This document shows positions 1-13,300 of a DNA stretch of 64,000 nt, piece after piece (positions within the stretch are counted from its first letter, which is position 1; each line of letters starts with the position of its first letter). The notes below the pieces were generated by a model, which was not told the DNA's origin, made no database searches, and saw only the letters and a list, made by a program, of their open reading frames with translations. The position numbers were made by a program, and so were the translations under genes. This stretch comes from Pecten maximus. Its lineage: Eukaryota. The stretch spans positions 13,392,001 to 13,456,000 of the forward strand of contig NC_047032.1 in the NCBI RefSeq assembly GCF_902652985.1, written 5' to 3'.

Positions 1-70
1 GTGAGTTCAGCCACGACTTCTCTCCCAACTGAGCAACACCTCCCGTTAGTTCGCTGTTTTGTCTGCAATC
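1..70 (-). other. Candidate exon of an unidentified minus-strand gene running off the window start
   Basis: Minus-strand acceptor gattctctcag at 71-81; GC-richer than flanks; two open frames (DCRQNSELTGGVAQLGEKSWLNS / LQTKQRTNGRCCSVGREVVAEL). No family recognised. Confidence 0.3.
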
Positions 71-139
71 CTGAGAGAATCATAGGACCATATACCTTTA
101 AGAAGGCAGTTTATATTTACATTTCCGGTTTAAATCAAA

Positions 140-395
140 ATTTTTCTTTTCTACCACAATAGAAAAAGTTACACAACGAGCGGTTGTTGGGTATGGATTT
201 TTGTTTCACACTCGAAAGTTATTTTTATTTAATTTACAAAAGACACGAGCTTTAGTGATGTGACGTCTTTCGATTATTAATGACGTCAATAACAATTGCA
301 GCTCGGGTCAAAGTTCGAATTATTGACCAATCAAAAGATCGGAATATTTATACAATGGATTGAGAGTGGAATAACAAATTTATTGTGGTAAAAGC
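140..395. mobile_element. Rearranged/partial copy of hairpin-bearing non-autonomous element family (same as 1926-2310 and 55947-56409)
   Basis: Shares gttacacaacgagcggttgttgg, gacacgagctttag, gatgtgacgtc, ttctaccacaat / tgtggtaaaa with the other two copies. Confidence 0.7.
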
Positions 396-582
396 TGTGT
401 TATATGCTGACTGTTAGATATATAGATAATACATGGTTAGTTGCTTACAATACAAGGTTTATGTTTGGCTAGGGTTAGGAACGATGAGATTCTCAACACT
501 GAACAACCAAACAGAAAATTCAAATCTATATCTTCGGATCAACAACACATAGTGCATATAATACATTGTGCTAATTATTTGA

Positions 583-797
583 TATATAACATAGTAACAC
601 AACTGACGAAGGAAGACAACTTTTATGACTCATGCCCTGACCGGGCCTCGAACTCACGATCTACAGCACCTAATCGTCTTTTTTATAGCCAGAAATACCC
701 GCAGCTTATACCACTGCGCCACATCCACGTTCTTAGAAAGAACGTTTCGATGGCGCAGTGATGGTCGGCTAGATACCCTGACATGACCATAGTGACA
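583..797 (-). mobile_element. Small element containing a tRNA-like Pol III cassette and a hairpin
   Basis: Minus strand A box TGGCGCAGTGG and B box GTTCGAGGCC; inverted repeats cactgcgcca/tggcgcagtg and acgttctt/aagaacgt; ends in gtgaca. Confidence 0.45.
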
Positions 798-1095
798 AAG
801 CGTCTATTAGATTTTATTTTGAACGTATTTTATTGTTTAGACACAATTGGATTGTGCACAAGTTTTTAAAGAATTATAAAAACTTTCTGAAAAAATGTGA
901 TAGCGACACAGTATACTTGTGATGATTCATAAATAAAGAAAAACAAAGAATAATGGAAGGAAGAAAGACAGATCTAGACATCAAAGAGTAAGATGACTGT
1001 TGCTGCATCAGGATATACTACATGGGTTCATAAACGATGTATACAATGTATTTTTTTTTAAATACACTTAATTAAAACCAATTTAAGAAATAATT

Positions 1096-1660
1096 AACGA
1101 TGATTCGTGTATTATTGCAGGATATACAACGAGGACGAGGATATTTTGCAATTGAATTAATAACGAAGGCCGCAGGCCTGAGTTATTATCCTGCAACAAT
1201 ACACGAGTCAAAGTTGATTATTTCTATTCTACCATATACTGTTTAGTTCTGAGATCTACCTCTTTCTAATAGAAAAACAGCAAAGAAACCCCGAGAAAAC
1301 CTTGTAATTTATTTCTTGAGTATTGCATTATTTGTTGATGAAATATGCAGGCAATACAGTACTACGATCAAGAGCATCTATCATATGGCATTGATTTTGA
1401 AAATAAAAAAAAAGGATAAAAAAAGGGGGCCTCCGTAGGATTCGAACTGGCGTCGTGATAAAAAATTATTGGAAGACTAACCCATTAGCCCACTCGGCTA
1501 TAGTAACCTTTTATAAAATGGGTGAATATTAGATATATAAAATTGTTACAGCCGTGACTCCCGACCGTGTATTATTGGCACAAGCGTGGGTTATTGGAAA
1601 ATAATACATGGTTTTAAACCAATCAAAACTGGCGTTGCATAGCAAACATGGTAGAATAAA
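1096..1660. mobile_element. Non-autonomous hairpin element (Crypton-like architecture) with internal tRNA-like segment
   Basis: Internal IR tcgtgtattattgcaggata / tatcctgcaacaatacacga around gaaggccgcaggcctgag; second IR tattctaccat / atggtagaata; minus-strand A box TAGCCGAGTGG and B box GTTCGAATCC at about 1428-1500. Confidence 0.55.
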
Positions 1661-1925
1661 AACCAATGCATGGCACGTGCTAGCTACACATCCAACACAC
1701 ATCGCTTAAGCATTGTTCACAAAACTCCTTCATCGGGTCACTTTTGAACTTTATAGGTTTCTTATTATTCACGATGCCATACATTGGAGATTTATTATAA
1801 CCTGTAAATGGTATACTTATTAAATGAACCAATCACAATATTAATATCAACAAATTGTAGAATCTAAGAGAGACATAAGAGTCTATTATAGATGATATGA
1901 ATACCTGAATATCGCAATGTATATA

Positions 1926-2310
1926 TAGAGGTTACACAACGAGTGGTTGTTGGATATGGAATTTATTTCACACGAGTAAGTTTTTTTTTAAAGTTACAAA
2001 AGACACGAGCTTTAGCGAGTGTTTTTTGCAACTTTTAAAAAATAACTTACTCGTGTGAAATAAATTCCATATCCAACAATTTCGAGTCGTGTGACCTGTT
2101 TCTACCACAATAATATCGGCTTGAATCAAAGGGAAACGTGGCCAAGTATAATTTCGCGTATGCAAATAAAGTGTACCGGTGACGTCCGGGACCCGGTGAT
2201 GTGACGTCATTAGATTATTGATGACGTCAATAACAATTGCAGCTTGGTTCAAAGTTCACCGTGTTAGCCAATCAAAATGCGTACAGAGTTTATACCACGT
2301 GTGGTATAAA
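1926..2310. mobile_element. Non-autonomous hairpin element (Crypton-like architecture)
   Basis: Long IR ttgttggatatggaatttatttcacacgagtaagtt / aacttactcgtgtgaaataaattccatatccaacaa; closely similar copy at 55947-56409. Confidence 0.8.
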
Positions 2311-2669
2311 CAGGTTGTTAATCAACAGCTGTAATGATTAACTGATGGTCTGGAGATGATGAAACATATACCAGTTACCATACGCTCAGGGAAGCGGATC
2401 CTCGCGTGCCCTATTGACATACAATAAAAACTGGAACATATCGGAGCAGACTTACTCTTTAACCTCAATTTGTTGACAAGAATACACGTGGACATGAATA
2501 CAGCGATACTGATTAGTTCTTGATAACCTCGAGTGATATGGCGCCCACACAATTGATATAACCCCAATCCAATGTCCATGATCCAGGGTAAGATGTGATT
2601 AAATTGGTAGCAACGTTCGGCTCATATTGTATGATCATCATATTCTAATCTCTCGGCGTGTGTTGAACA

Positions 2670-2899
2670 TTTGGTTTGTTTGGTTTGTTTTTGTTTAACG
2701 TCCTATTAACAGCCAGGGTCATTTAAGGGACGTGCCAGGTTTTGAAAGTGGAGGAAAGCCGGAGTTCCCGGAGAAAAACTACCGGCCTACGGTCAGTACC
2801 TGGCAACTGCCCCACGTAGGTTTCGAACTCGCAACCCAGAGGTGGAGGGCTAGTGTTAAAGTGTCGGGACACCTTAACCACTCAGCCACCGCGGCCCCA
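2670..2899 (-). mobile_element. Full-length tRNA-derived SINE (V-domain-like core)
   Basis: On the minus strand: GGGGCCGCGGTGGCTGAGTGG head, GTTCGAAAC B box, central tttctccgggaactccggctttcctccac, (AAAC)-type tail; 11-bp TSD tgtgttgaaca at 2659-2669 and 2900-2910. Confidence 0.9.
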
Positions 2900-5268
2900 T
2901 GTGTTGAACAACCGTTTCAAATAATAAAACACACATGTACTGTCCATCTTTTTATTTATCTTCAACTTTTGGCAGTCAATCTATTTATAAATCTGGAACA
3001 ATACATTTTTTGTTTTGTTTTACTATACTTTTGTAATTGTTTTGTGAATCTAAGTACAATATTAGTTATTTTCATACTGCATGCATTTTGTATAAACGTT
3101 TTGATACACGTTTTACAGTACACGATGTTTACCGCTGTATTAATACTGCATTGTGAGTGTCAATATACAGTATATTCAAAATGCTCCTGCTGTATATTTT
3201 ATCATTTAAATAATTGATACATAGTTTTATGTGTATATAACGCTGGTATTATTATCATTTGGTAATGAAAATCTGGATTTTGATACAAAATTAATTGTGA
3301 TGTTTTAAACGAGTGCAAACTTTAATTAGATCCAGCGGAAGATTTTAACATGTTTCGATTATGAACTTGACTTTATTTAATTAGTTATTTATTTGTACAT
3401 ACTTCTTTGAAATAGCTTCATACGAATATGAATTGTAGTTGATAATCTATATTATAAGCTGCTGTTAAATTATTGTTGTGTTGGATTCATAAGCCAAATT
3501 TTGATAAATCAAACGTGAAAAAACAGATCTGGCAGGCAAACGGAAGCAACTATTTTACGGTCAGAAGGGAAAGTACATGTAAATCAGATTATATATGAGA
3601 AAAGGTATCCAAAAGCGTAAAAAAAATATTTAAGAACCATTGCATTTAGTGAGAAAGACTGCAGTCGAGTAGATTTGTTACACTGTGAAAAACTGACGAA
3701 ATAATGTATTCTTCGGGATAACATCAATGAAATATAGTTAAGTAAACAAAGGACCCGGGGACGGAAGTGATACTCCGAATTTATAAATTATCAGTTACTT
3801 TAGACTTACATAGCGGGATTAATCTCACTGTGAATAATATAGCTTAAACTTGTTTGTCTGACTCAAGCACCACGTACTGGGATCTTTAGCCAAACTCCGG
3901 TGAAAAGGTCCTATTTGAACACTAGTCTGCACATAAAGTGGAACTGTCTGCATTACATATGTGCAAACAAATATAGAAGAGTGTATTCTAGCTGGCAGAG
4001 ACATTTAGCCCCAATAACGTCACTTAAGAAGGCCTAGACAGGTCGTCTGCATTCAGTAATCACGATTTTCATTGAAAACTGTCTATTTATACCCGTAAGA
4101 ATGTCGCAATACCTTTTTTTTTCGATTTAAACGACTAATGCAAATCATGGACGATGTCGTATGACCGTGCATATACTGAACAGCTGTACTGTCAGGATAA
4201 AGAAAATTACGAATGCATTAACTTACCAAAACAACGAGTGCGCAATTTTTATTGTCATTTTGTACAATAATCTACTGAAGCCATGAGCCCCACTCGATTT
4301 GCACTCTTCTGCTTCTAGAATATATCTTCCGGTCACTCGATTTGTAGCTCTTCTGCTTCTGGAAGATCTTCTACCTCCTCCCTCTCGAAGCTGGAAGATT
4401 TATCTTCCAAGATAGCGGCGACCAAGTTTTAAGTGTGTGAGTGACGAGTTTCACTAGAGAAGGATTTATAACACATACATGCACGTATTTGTGTCATAGT
4501 GTTTGAGAAAACTTAAAAACTTCTTTATGTTTGGTTATATTCCACGTTGAAGTCTCGTTTCGATCTTGCGTAAAAAGTATTTGTAATAGGTAACAATAAG
4601 AAAAACCAATTTTATAGTAAGGTTTTATTTGAAAAATTTGTCAAAATTTCAGACTTCCTATGTTAGTAATTTGGTTTTAGAAGAATTAAAAAAAAAATGG
4701 CCCATTTGACGGCGATTTTGAAAAGGTGTTTTTCTTGCATTTTATGCAACGCTCAAATGTCACATTTTGGACTTAACTGTTTTCACTTAACCATCATTGC
4801 ATTAGCAATTTGTTATGATTCTAATTCATGTTTGCTTTAAAACTTTGCAATGTTAAATAAGGGAGAATAGCTTTTTTTTTCATTTTATTTTCATATTTTA
4901 TTGTAACTGGAATACGATAAAATTTATCTCCGAAAAGCTGAAAAATAACAAATATTAGTTCGAGACAAAAAAAGTAAGCAGACTAACCCTAACCCCCACC
5001 CATTTTTATATATGTCCTATAAAGAACTAATTTTTCACATTTCATCTGCAAAATATCGTAAAAAGTTAGTCAACAAACTTTTTATATTAAGTGTTGAATC
5101 TAGCAAAAATGATGAAAAAAATGGCATTTATACTTCAAAATTTAGGGATATGGGTTACATAAATCGTTATCCTGATTAAAATAATTGGCTAGGTCAATTT
5201 GGCTTCTAACTTTAAAAAGAATGTACAAGGTTTGTCAATTCTAAAAACATTCATACATATCCGATGAC

Positions 5269-5340
5269 ATACGGACCTGGTCAAGAGTTTGTTCACCTGG
5301 GACTGCGGCCTCGATGAACAAACTCTTGACCAGGTTCGTA
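5269..5340. repeat. Inverted repeat/hairpin (element end); second copy about 12532-12603
   Basis: tacggacctggtcaagagtttgttca ... tgaacaaactcttgaccaggttcgta around ctgcggcctcg. Confidence 0.8.
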
Positions 5341-8027
5341 TAGTCTCGTGTAGACCTCCACAAAATGCAATAATTGTATATTATGACATTTTATGTGGTA
5401 GCCGAATTCCCGTTTTCAATTGGATACAACAAACCTTTATTGGAAATGTCTTCGAACCTTTCTGATTTCGAATCTTGGGAGCGTTGCTAGAGAAGCGCTT
5501 GCTAGAGATGCTGTTTACAAATCACGATCAGAAAGACTCTTCATCGTAATCATTTGGGTGTTTCTCGGAAGTTCCTCGCCAGTTTACAGTAAAAAATATT
5601 GACCGGTCAACCTGAGTGGAAAATACTTAATTTATATTTACATAATGAGTCAGGTAACGCTATATAATGTATGCTTCAGTTATCACTGATTGTATCTACT
5701 ATAACTTGTTATGCAGACATTCGTCTTAATTTGATTAAACCATATTATTTCAAAAACCCAAGTATGTTTAAACTTATTCAATTACTCAAAGTAGAAAATA
5801 CAAAATAACTAAACAATTTAGGAAAATATCTATCACTAGCAAATAAACGTAGGAAAGATTTGTTATCAAATCCTATTTAAAATATGTTCATTTTCAACTT
5901 ATTAGATTAATGATATATTATTTGTTATTGTTCTTTAAAATTGTTGTAAGATTTATTTTTGTTGACTGTAAATGTATGTGAAAAGAGTAAGTACTATATT
6001 GTAGAATGGATGATGAATTATGTAAGAGTGGGTTCCTTTGTCCTTAAATGTATGTACAAATGTATATTATGTTATCCAATAAGTTGTAAAACTTACGGAA
6101 TAAAGAATTTGAATTGAATTGAATAACTTAGTTAGGTCTACGTGTACAACTACATGGATTTTGGAGTTGTTTACTGTTAGGGGTCAATATACAGGAAAAC
6201 CTTCATACTAGCCTACTCGTTATAAGATTCATATGCGTACTCATTTTCAGATATTAATGTTTCAAATCTGAATGTTGTTATTGACATGAATTCATTTTCC
6301 CTAGGAAATGAAAATTAAACTTGTCAGTATAATGACTGTAATGTTTAAAATTGTGAAAAAATACATTTAATCTTCTTAATGTGATATTGTCATCACTATC
6401 ACCATCAAGTATATACCGTATTGATACAACTATTGTATAAAAACTGGGATTCGTTACGACCAGATCATGCCCTTTCTCAATTTATGTAACGGTATTGTGT
6501 AGAGGGCCTTTGTAATGTTGACATATCTCTGCCCAAACCGTTTTCTTCAATAATACTGCAAACTACGCTGATATCAGGAAACATTCGCTGTAGTTTAACT
6601 ACCGATTCGGTCGTATACATGTCAAGACTGCGAAAACAATAATTTGGCTTAAATGTGAAGTTAAAGATGGAACGTATGACCATAGATGGTAGCCGGTGAT
6701 AGCAAAAATATACTAGGCAAGTTCAGCACATGGATACTTGTATACAAAGGCGAACAAACACGTACTAGGCCAATATTTCGCATACAGTATCAATATTTGA
6801 GAAGCTCATCGTATGTGGCGACATTGTAAGGTATGACGACTGACGACTTCTTACTCAAAATCGATAAAATCAAAGCAAAACATCAACACGCTGTTAAGAT
6901 AAGGCGTTTCAAACGGGTAAGCGTCTTTTGCTTCAACGTCGACACATTGTATTGCTCTGTCGTAAGGAGATGTTTTTTTCGCTATCACAACAAGTTTATA
7001 ACGCGTTTCTAGGATATGGAATTGTACTCGTAACGCGAACCTTTACATTATCACGAGGTTCTCGATGGCAAACTTCTTAATTAAGTATGTTTCGTAATAG
7101 CTATCCTTCTGATGTTGATCGGTGCTCAATGGAAGAATTCTGAATTTGAAGAAAGATTTCGCTGTCGTATTATGAGAGCACGTTTTTGCAAAGAAACCAG
7201 ATCGCTGACACAAATAGATGGCTTCGAATTATGGTGAAGAGTATTAAGTTAAGCTCATAACCAATCGGAAGTCGTGGATGAACTTGTGAAATCTTGAGTG
7301 GTTTGACATTTAAGGAAGGAGGTCGAGAGGCAACAAGAGATAGAAAATATCCGACTTGGTTATTTTCACTGAAATTTAATTCAGTTACTTGGTCAAAGGA
7401 CATCTCATACATAGGTATATTTAAACATTAGCCCGGTGAAATCAACCATAACTGTCGTCCTGCTATATAATGTATCTTCTTAATTTGATATTTTTTCGAA
7501 ATAAAGTATTGTATTCGAGTGCAATGTGAACCAGTATGGATTATGGTATCTTAAATCGTTAAACCGCATTGTAACGTTTCGCAGAATATCACTGTTTTAA
7601 CATTGTGAGCGTTTTAAACATTTTAACAGTTGGATCATGTGAATATTGCAAACCTTTGAGCTGGTATCGGACTAGTTCATGGTCGCAGTGTTATTTGTGT
7701 TACACAGAATATTTTAATGCCTATTGACTGTATTGATCACCGCTGGAATATTTAATAGTTTCTTTCAGTAGTTTTCGTCGCAATGGTTAACTCTTTGCAT
7801 ATCAGGTAAATAACTTCCTCTCATTTTTATTCTGTATATGTAAGAACGATTTCCTCGACTCATGTTTTGGTTTTAACATATTTATTGTATCATAGATATA
7901 CGATGGGAATGGGGAGTAATTTTTTTCCATTTTCCGAGTTAAGTAAACACCCTTACAATAAATAAATGTTCGTGGTGAAACTTCTTACTGACTATTTGCC
8001 ATTCTTTTTCGTGATCAGTTTGTTAAG

Positions 8028-8147
8028 AGTTCGAAACCCACATTGGGCAGTTGCCTGGCACTGACCGTAGGCAGGTGGTTTTTCTCCGGGTACTCCGGCT
8101 TTTCTTGACCCTGGCTGTTAATAAGACGTTTAAACAAAATTAACCAA
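8028..8147 (+). mobile_element. Truncated V-like SINE (duplicate at about 15232-15350)
   Basis: gagttcgaaaccca...gggcagttgcc...ctgaccgtagg...tttctccgggtactccggc...gaccctggctgttaata matches the 2670-2899 family. Confidence 0.8.
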
Positions 8148-8709
8148 TAATAATGTTACATTGTTCCGGTGCAGATCTCAATTCTGTCCATCATCAGCAT
8201 CGAGTATAGATTCCAGGTCTATTTGTGGTTCACTAACCTTCCAGGTATTTCACACAAGAAGATTTATAAACGTATGACAGAACACTATGGCTATGATATC
8301 ATTTATAAACTGAAACATTGTTAAATCTGACTACAGAATCTTCTGAATATCCCATTTTTTTAAGTTTCACATACCATATCGGGAGAATCAATAAGATTGC
8401 GGTTTCGCGGTTGATAATAATTTCCATTGTAAAAGACGAATTGATCTTAAAACAACATATTTTTTTATGTGGAATGTGATTTGGTTCAGGTTAATATTAA
8501 AAAAACAAAGATATTCTCATAGGAACTTTTATAAACCATCTAACACTAGGAACGAGACTTGGTCCTTAATAGAGCATTCGATATAACTATTGTTTGGTAC
8601 AAATATAGCTAATATTCTTATTACATGTTATTTAAATGAAAACCTGTTAAAACCTAATACTGCACTCAGGACTGACATAACTGACATAAGTGACATAAAT
8701 AATCGCTAC

Positions 8710-9990
8710 TCATTATCTCAGAGTGTCACAGAGTCCATCCACTTCACGGAAACATCTACCACATTATCTCAGATAGTCATAGAGTCCATCCACTTAACGA
8801 ACACATCTACCTCGTTATCTCAGATAGTCACAGAGTCCATCCACTTCACGGAAACATCTACCTCATTATCTCAGATAGTCACAGAGTCAATTCACTTGAC
8901 AGAAACATCTACCTCAGTATCTCAGATAGTCACAGAGTCCATCCACTTTACAGAAACATCTACCTCATTATCTCGGATAGTCATAGAGTCTATCCACTTA
9001 ACGGAAACATCTACCTCATTATCTCAGATAGTCACAGAGTCCATCCACTTCACAGAAACATATACCTCATTATCTCGGATAGTCACAGAGTCCATCCACT
9101 TTACAGAAACATCTACCTCATTATCTCGGATAGTCACAGAGTCCATCCACTTTACAGAAACATCTACCTCATTATCTTAGATAGTCACAGAGTCCATCCA
9201 CTTCACGGAAACATCCACCTCAGTATATCTCAGATAGTCATAGAGTCCATCCACTTAACGGAAACATCTACCTCATTATCTCAGAGTGTCACAGAGTCCA
9301 TCCACTTCACGAAAACATCTACCTCATTATCTCAGAGTGTCACAGAGTCCATCCACTTCACGAAAACATCTACCTCAGTATCTCAGATAGCCATAGAGTC
9401 CATCCACTTAACGGAAACATCTACCTCAGTATCTCAGATAGTCATAGAGTCCATCCACTTAACGGAAACATCTACCTCATTATCTCAGAGTGTCACAGAG
9501 TCCATCCACTTCACGGAAACATCCACCTCAGTATATCTCAGATAGCCATAGAGTCCATCCACTTAACGGAAACATCTACCTCATTATCTCAGAGTGTCAC
9601 AGAGTCCATCCACTTCACGAAAACATCTACCTCATTATCTCAGAGTGTCACAGAGTCCATCCACTTCACGAAAACATCTACCTCAGTATCTCAGATAGTC
9701 ACAGAGTCCATCCACTTCACGAAAACATCTACCTCATTATCTCAGATAGCCACAGAGTCAATCCACTTAACGGAAACATCTACCTCATTATCTCAGAGTG
9801 TCACAGAGTCCATCCAATTCACGGAAACATTTACCTCATTATCTCAGATAGTCACAGAGTCCATCCACTTAACGGAAACATCTACCTCATTATCTCAGAG
9901 TGTCACAGAGTCCATCCAATTCACAGAAACATCTACCTCAGTATCTCAGATAGTCACAGAGTCCATCCAGTTTACGGAAACATCAACGTC
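8710..9990 (+). repeat. 51-bp minisatellite, about 25 units (encodes SLSQIVTESIHFTETST)
   Basis: Unit tcattatctcagatagtcacagagtccatccacttcacggaaacatctacc; accounts for ORFs 8590-9180 and 9490-9999. Confidence 0.97.
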
Positions 9991-10103
9991 ACCCATTGAC
10001 CTTAATATGATATTGGAACGAGTAATGCCCGCGTCTTGGCTCCAACTAACGACCTCTCGCTTTAATGCAAACATCCTACAACTAAGCCAACGAGAAATTC
10101 CCG

Positions 10104-10340
10104 TTATCCAGAGCTAGTAAAATGACCTTATGTTCTCCATTTTGTCACTGCTTTCTCCTTCACAAAGTCTTTGCTCCCGAAGACAACCAAAGCACAGTTT
10201 GTTCCCATTATCCAGAGCTAGTAAAATGACCTTATGTTCTCCATTTTTTCACTGCTTTCTCCTTCACAAAGTCTTCGCTCCCGAAGACAACCAAAGCACT
10301 TTTTTTTTTCCATTATCCAGAGCTAGTAAAATGACCTTAT
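10104..10340 (+). repeat. About 104-bp direct repeat, about 2.3 copies, at the duplication junction
   Basis: ttatccagagctagtaaaatgaccttat at 10104, 10208, 10313. Confidence 0.9.
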
Positions 10341-13300
10341 ATTTTCATACTGCATGCATTTTGTATAAACGTTTTGATACACGTTTTACAGTACACGATG
10401 TTTACCGCTGTATTAATACTGCATTGTGAGTGTCAATATACAGTATATTCAAAATGCTCCTGCTGTATATTTTATCATTTAAATAATTGATACATAGGTG
10501 TATGTGTATATAACGCTGGTATTATTATCATTTGGTAATGAAAATCTGGATTTTGATACAAAATTAATTGTGATGTTTTAAACGAGTGCAAACTTTAATT
10601 AGATCCAGCGGAAGATTTTAACATGTTTCGATTATGAACTTGACTTTATTTAATTAGTTATTTATTTGTACATACTTCTTTGAAATAGCTTCATACGAAT
10701 ATGAATTGTAGTTGATAATCTGTATTATAAGCTGCTGTTAAATTATTGTTGTGTGGGATTCATAAGCCAAACTTTGATAAATCAAACGTGAAAAAACAGA
10801 TCTGGTAGGCAAACGGAAGCAACTATTTTACGGTCAGAAGGGAAAGTAAATCAGATTATATATGAGAAAAGGTATCCAAACGCGTAAAAAAAAATATTTA
10901 AGAACCATTGCATTTCGTGAGAAAGACTGCAGTCGAGTTGATTTGTTACACTGTGAAAAACTGACGAAATAATGTATTCTTTCGGATAACATCAATGAAA
11001 TATAGTTAAGTAAACAAAGGACCCGGGGACGGAAGTGATACTCCGGATTTATAAATTATCAGTTACTTTAGACTTACATAGCGGGATTAATCTCACTGTG
11101 AATAATATAGCTTAAACTTGTTTGTCTGCCTCAAGCACCACGTACTGGGATCTTTAGCCAAACTCCGGTGAAAAGGTCCTATTTGAACACTAGTCTGCAT
11201 ATAAAGTGGAACTGTCTGCATTACATATGTGCAAACAAATATAGAAGAGTGTCTTCTAGCTGGCAGAGACATTTAGCCCCAATAACGTCACTTAAGAAGG
11301 CCTAGACAGGTCGTCTGCATTCAGTAATCACGATTTTCATTGAAAACGGTCTATTTATACCCGTAAGAATGTCGCAATACCTTTTTTTTTCGATTCAAAC
11401 GACTAATGCAAATCATGGACGATGTCGTATGACCGTGCATATACTGAACAGCTGTACTGTCAGGATAAAGAAAATTACGAATGCATTAACTTACCAAAAC
11501 AACGAGTGCGCAATTTTTATTGTCATTTTGTACAATAATCTACTGAAGCCATGAGCCCCACTCGATTTGCACTCTTCTGCGTATATCTTCCGGTCACTCG
11601 ATTTGTAGCTCTTCTGCTTCTGGAAGATCTTCTACCTCCTCCCTCTCGAAGCTGGAAGATTTATCTTCCAAGATAGCGTCGACCAAGTTTTAAGTGTGCG
11701 AGTGACGAGTTTCACTAGAGAAGGATTTATAACACATACATGCACGTATTTGTGTCATAGTGTTTGAGAAAACTTAAAAACTTCTTTATGTTTGGTTATA
11801 TTCCACGTTGAAGTCTCGTTTCGATCTTGCGTAAAAAGTATTTGTAATATGTAACAACAAGAAAAACCAATTTTATAGTAAGGTTTTATTTGAAAAATTT
11901 GTCAAAATTTCAGACTTCCTATGTTAGTAATTTGGTTTTAGAAGAATTAAAAAAAAAATGGCCCATTTGACGGCGATTTTGAAAAGGTGTTTTTCTTGCA
12001 TTTTATGCAACGCTCAAATGTCACATTTTGGACTTAACTGTTTTCACTTTAACCATCATTGCATTAGTAATTTGTTAATGATTCTAATTCATGTTTGCTT
12101 TAAAACTTTGCAATGTTAAATAAGGGAGAATAGCTTTTTTTTTTTTTTATTTTCACATTTTATTGTAACTGGAATACGATAAAATTTATCTCCGAAAAGC
12201 TGAAAAATAACAAATATTAGTTCGAGACAAAAGAAGTAAGCAGACTAACCCTAACCCCCACCCATTTTTATATATGTCCTAGAAAGAACTAATTTTTCAC
12301 ATTTCATCTGCAAAATATCGTAAAAAGTTAGTCAGCAAACTTTTTATATTAAGTGTTGAATCTAGCAAAAATGATGAAAAAAATGGCATTTATACTTCAA
12401 AATTCAGGGATATGGGTTACATAAATCGTTATCCTGATTAAAAATAATTGGCTAGGTCAATTTGGCTTCTAACTTTAAAAAGAATGTACAAGGTTTGTCA
12501 ATTCTAAAAACATTCATACATATCCGATGACATACGGACCTGGTCAAGAGTTTGTTCACCTGGGACTGCGGCCTCGATGAACAAACTCTTGACCAGGTTC
12601 GTATAGTCTCGTGTAGACCTCCACAAAATGCAATAATTGTATATTATGACATTTTATGTGGTAGCCGAATTCCCGTTTTCAATTGGATACAACAAACCTT
12701 TATTGGAAATGTCTTCGAACCTTTCTGATTTCGAATCTTGGGAGCGTTGCTAGAGAAGCGCTTGCTAGAGATGCTGTTTACAAATCACGATCAGAAAGAC
12801 TCTTCATCGTAATCATTTGGGTGTTTCTCGGAAGTTCCTCGCCAGTTTACAGTAAAGTGGAAAATACTTAATTTATATTTACATAATGAGTCAGGTAACG
12901 TTATATAATGTATGCTTCAGTTATCACTGATTGTATCTACTATAACTTGTTAAGCAGACATTCGTCTTAATTTAATTAAACCATATTATTTCAAAAACCC
13001 TAGTATGTTTAAACAATTTAGGAAAATATCTATCACTAGCAAATAAACGTAGGAAAGATTTGTTATCAAATCCTAATTAAAATATGTTCATTTTCAACTT
13101 ATTAGATTAATGATATATTATTTGTTCTTTAAAATTGTTGTAAGATTTATTTTTGTTGACTGTATATGTTTGTGAAGAGAGTAAGTACTTTTTTTGTAGA
13201 ATGGATGATGAATTATGTAAGAGTGGGTGCCTTTGTCCTTAAATGTATGTACAAATGTATATTATGTTATCCAATAAGTTGTAAAACTGACGGAATAAAG

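Larger units (their letters stand above)
3067..10056 (+). repeat. Tandem segmental duplication, copy A
   Basis: Colinear high-identity match to 10340-16984 (start tattttcatactgcatgc, end gcgtcttggctc...gacctc); duplicated ORF pairs 5420/12683, 6477/13672, 7170/14375. Confidence 0.97.
6813..10056 (+). pseudogene. Putative decayed mucin-stalk membrane protein, copy A (3' truncated before the TM)
   Basis: Phase-compatible exons 6813-6825, 7769-7805, 8175-8244, 8722 onward give MWRHLVFVAMVNSLHIRSQFCPSSASSIDSRSICGSLTFQ-SVTESIHFTETST...; TAG at 9178-9180 and 2-bp insertions in the array. Confidence 0.4.

Noticed and set aside
1968-2252. Similar ORFs at 1968-2252 and 56034-56318
   Set aside because: Both lie in copies of the same non-coding hairpin element, with TTG/GTG starts and frames that diverge at the 3' end.
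2732-3217. 161-aa ORF with hydrophobic C-terminus
   Set aside because: Starts inside an antisense SINE and runs into T-rich DNA that yields F/L/I by composition.
4983-4996. ctaaccctaaccc telomere-like motif (also 468-479 and 12245)
   Set aside because: Only about two units; too short for an interstitial telomere.
8590-9999. ORFs 8590-9180 and 9490-9999 as standalone genes
   Set aside because: TTG/GTG starts inside or beside the 51-bp array; the HRVHP frame is an alternative frame of the same repeat.
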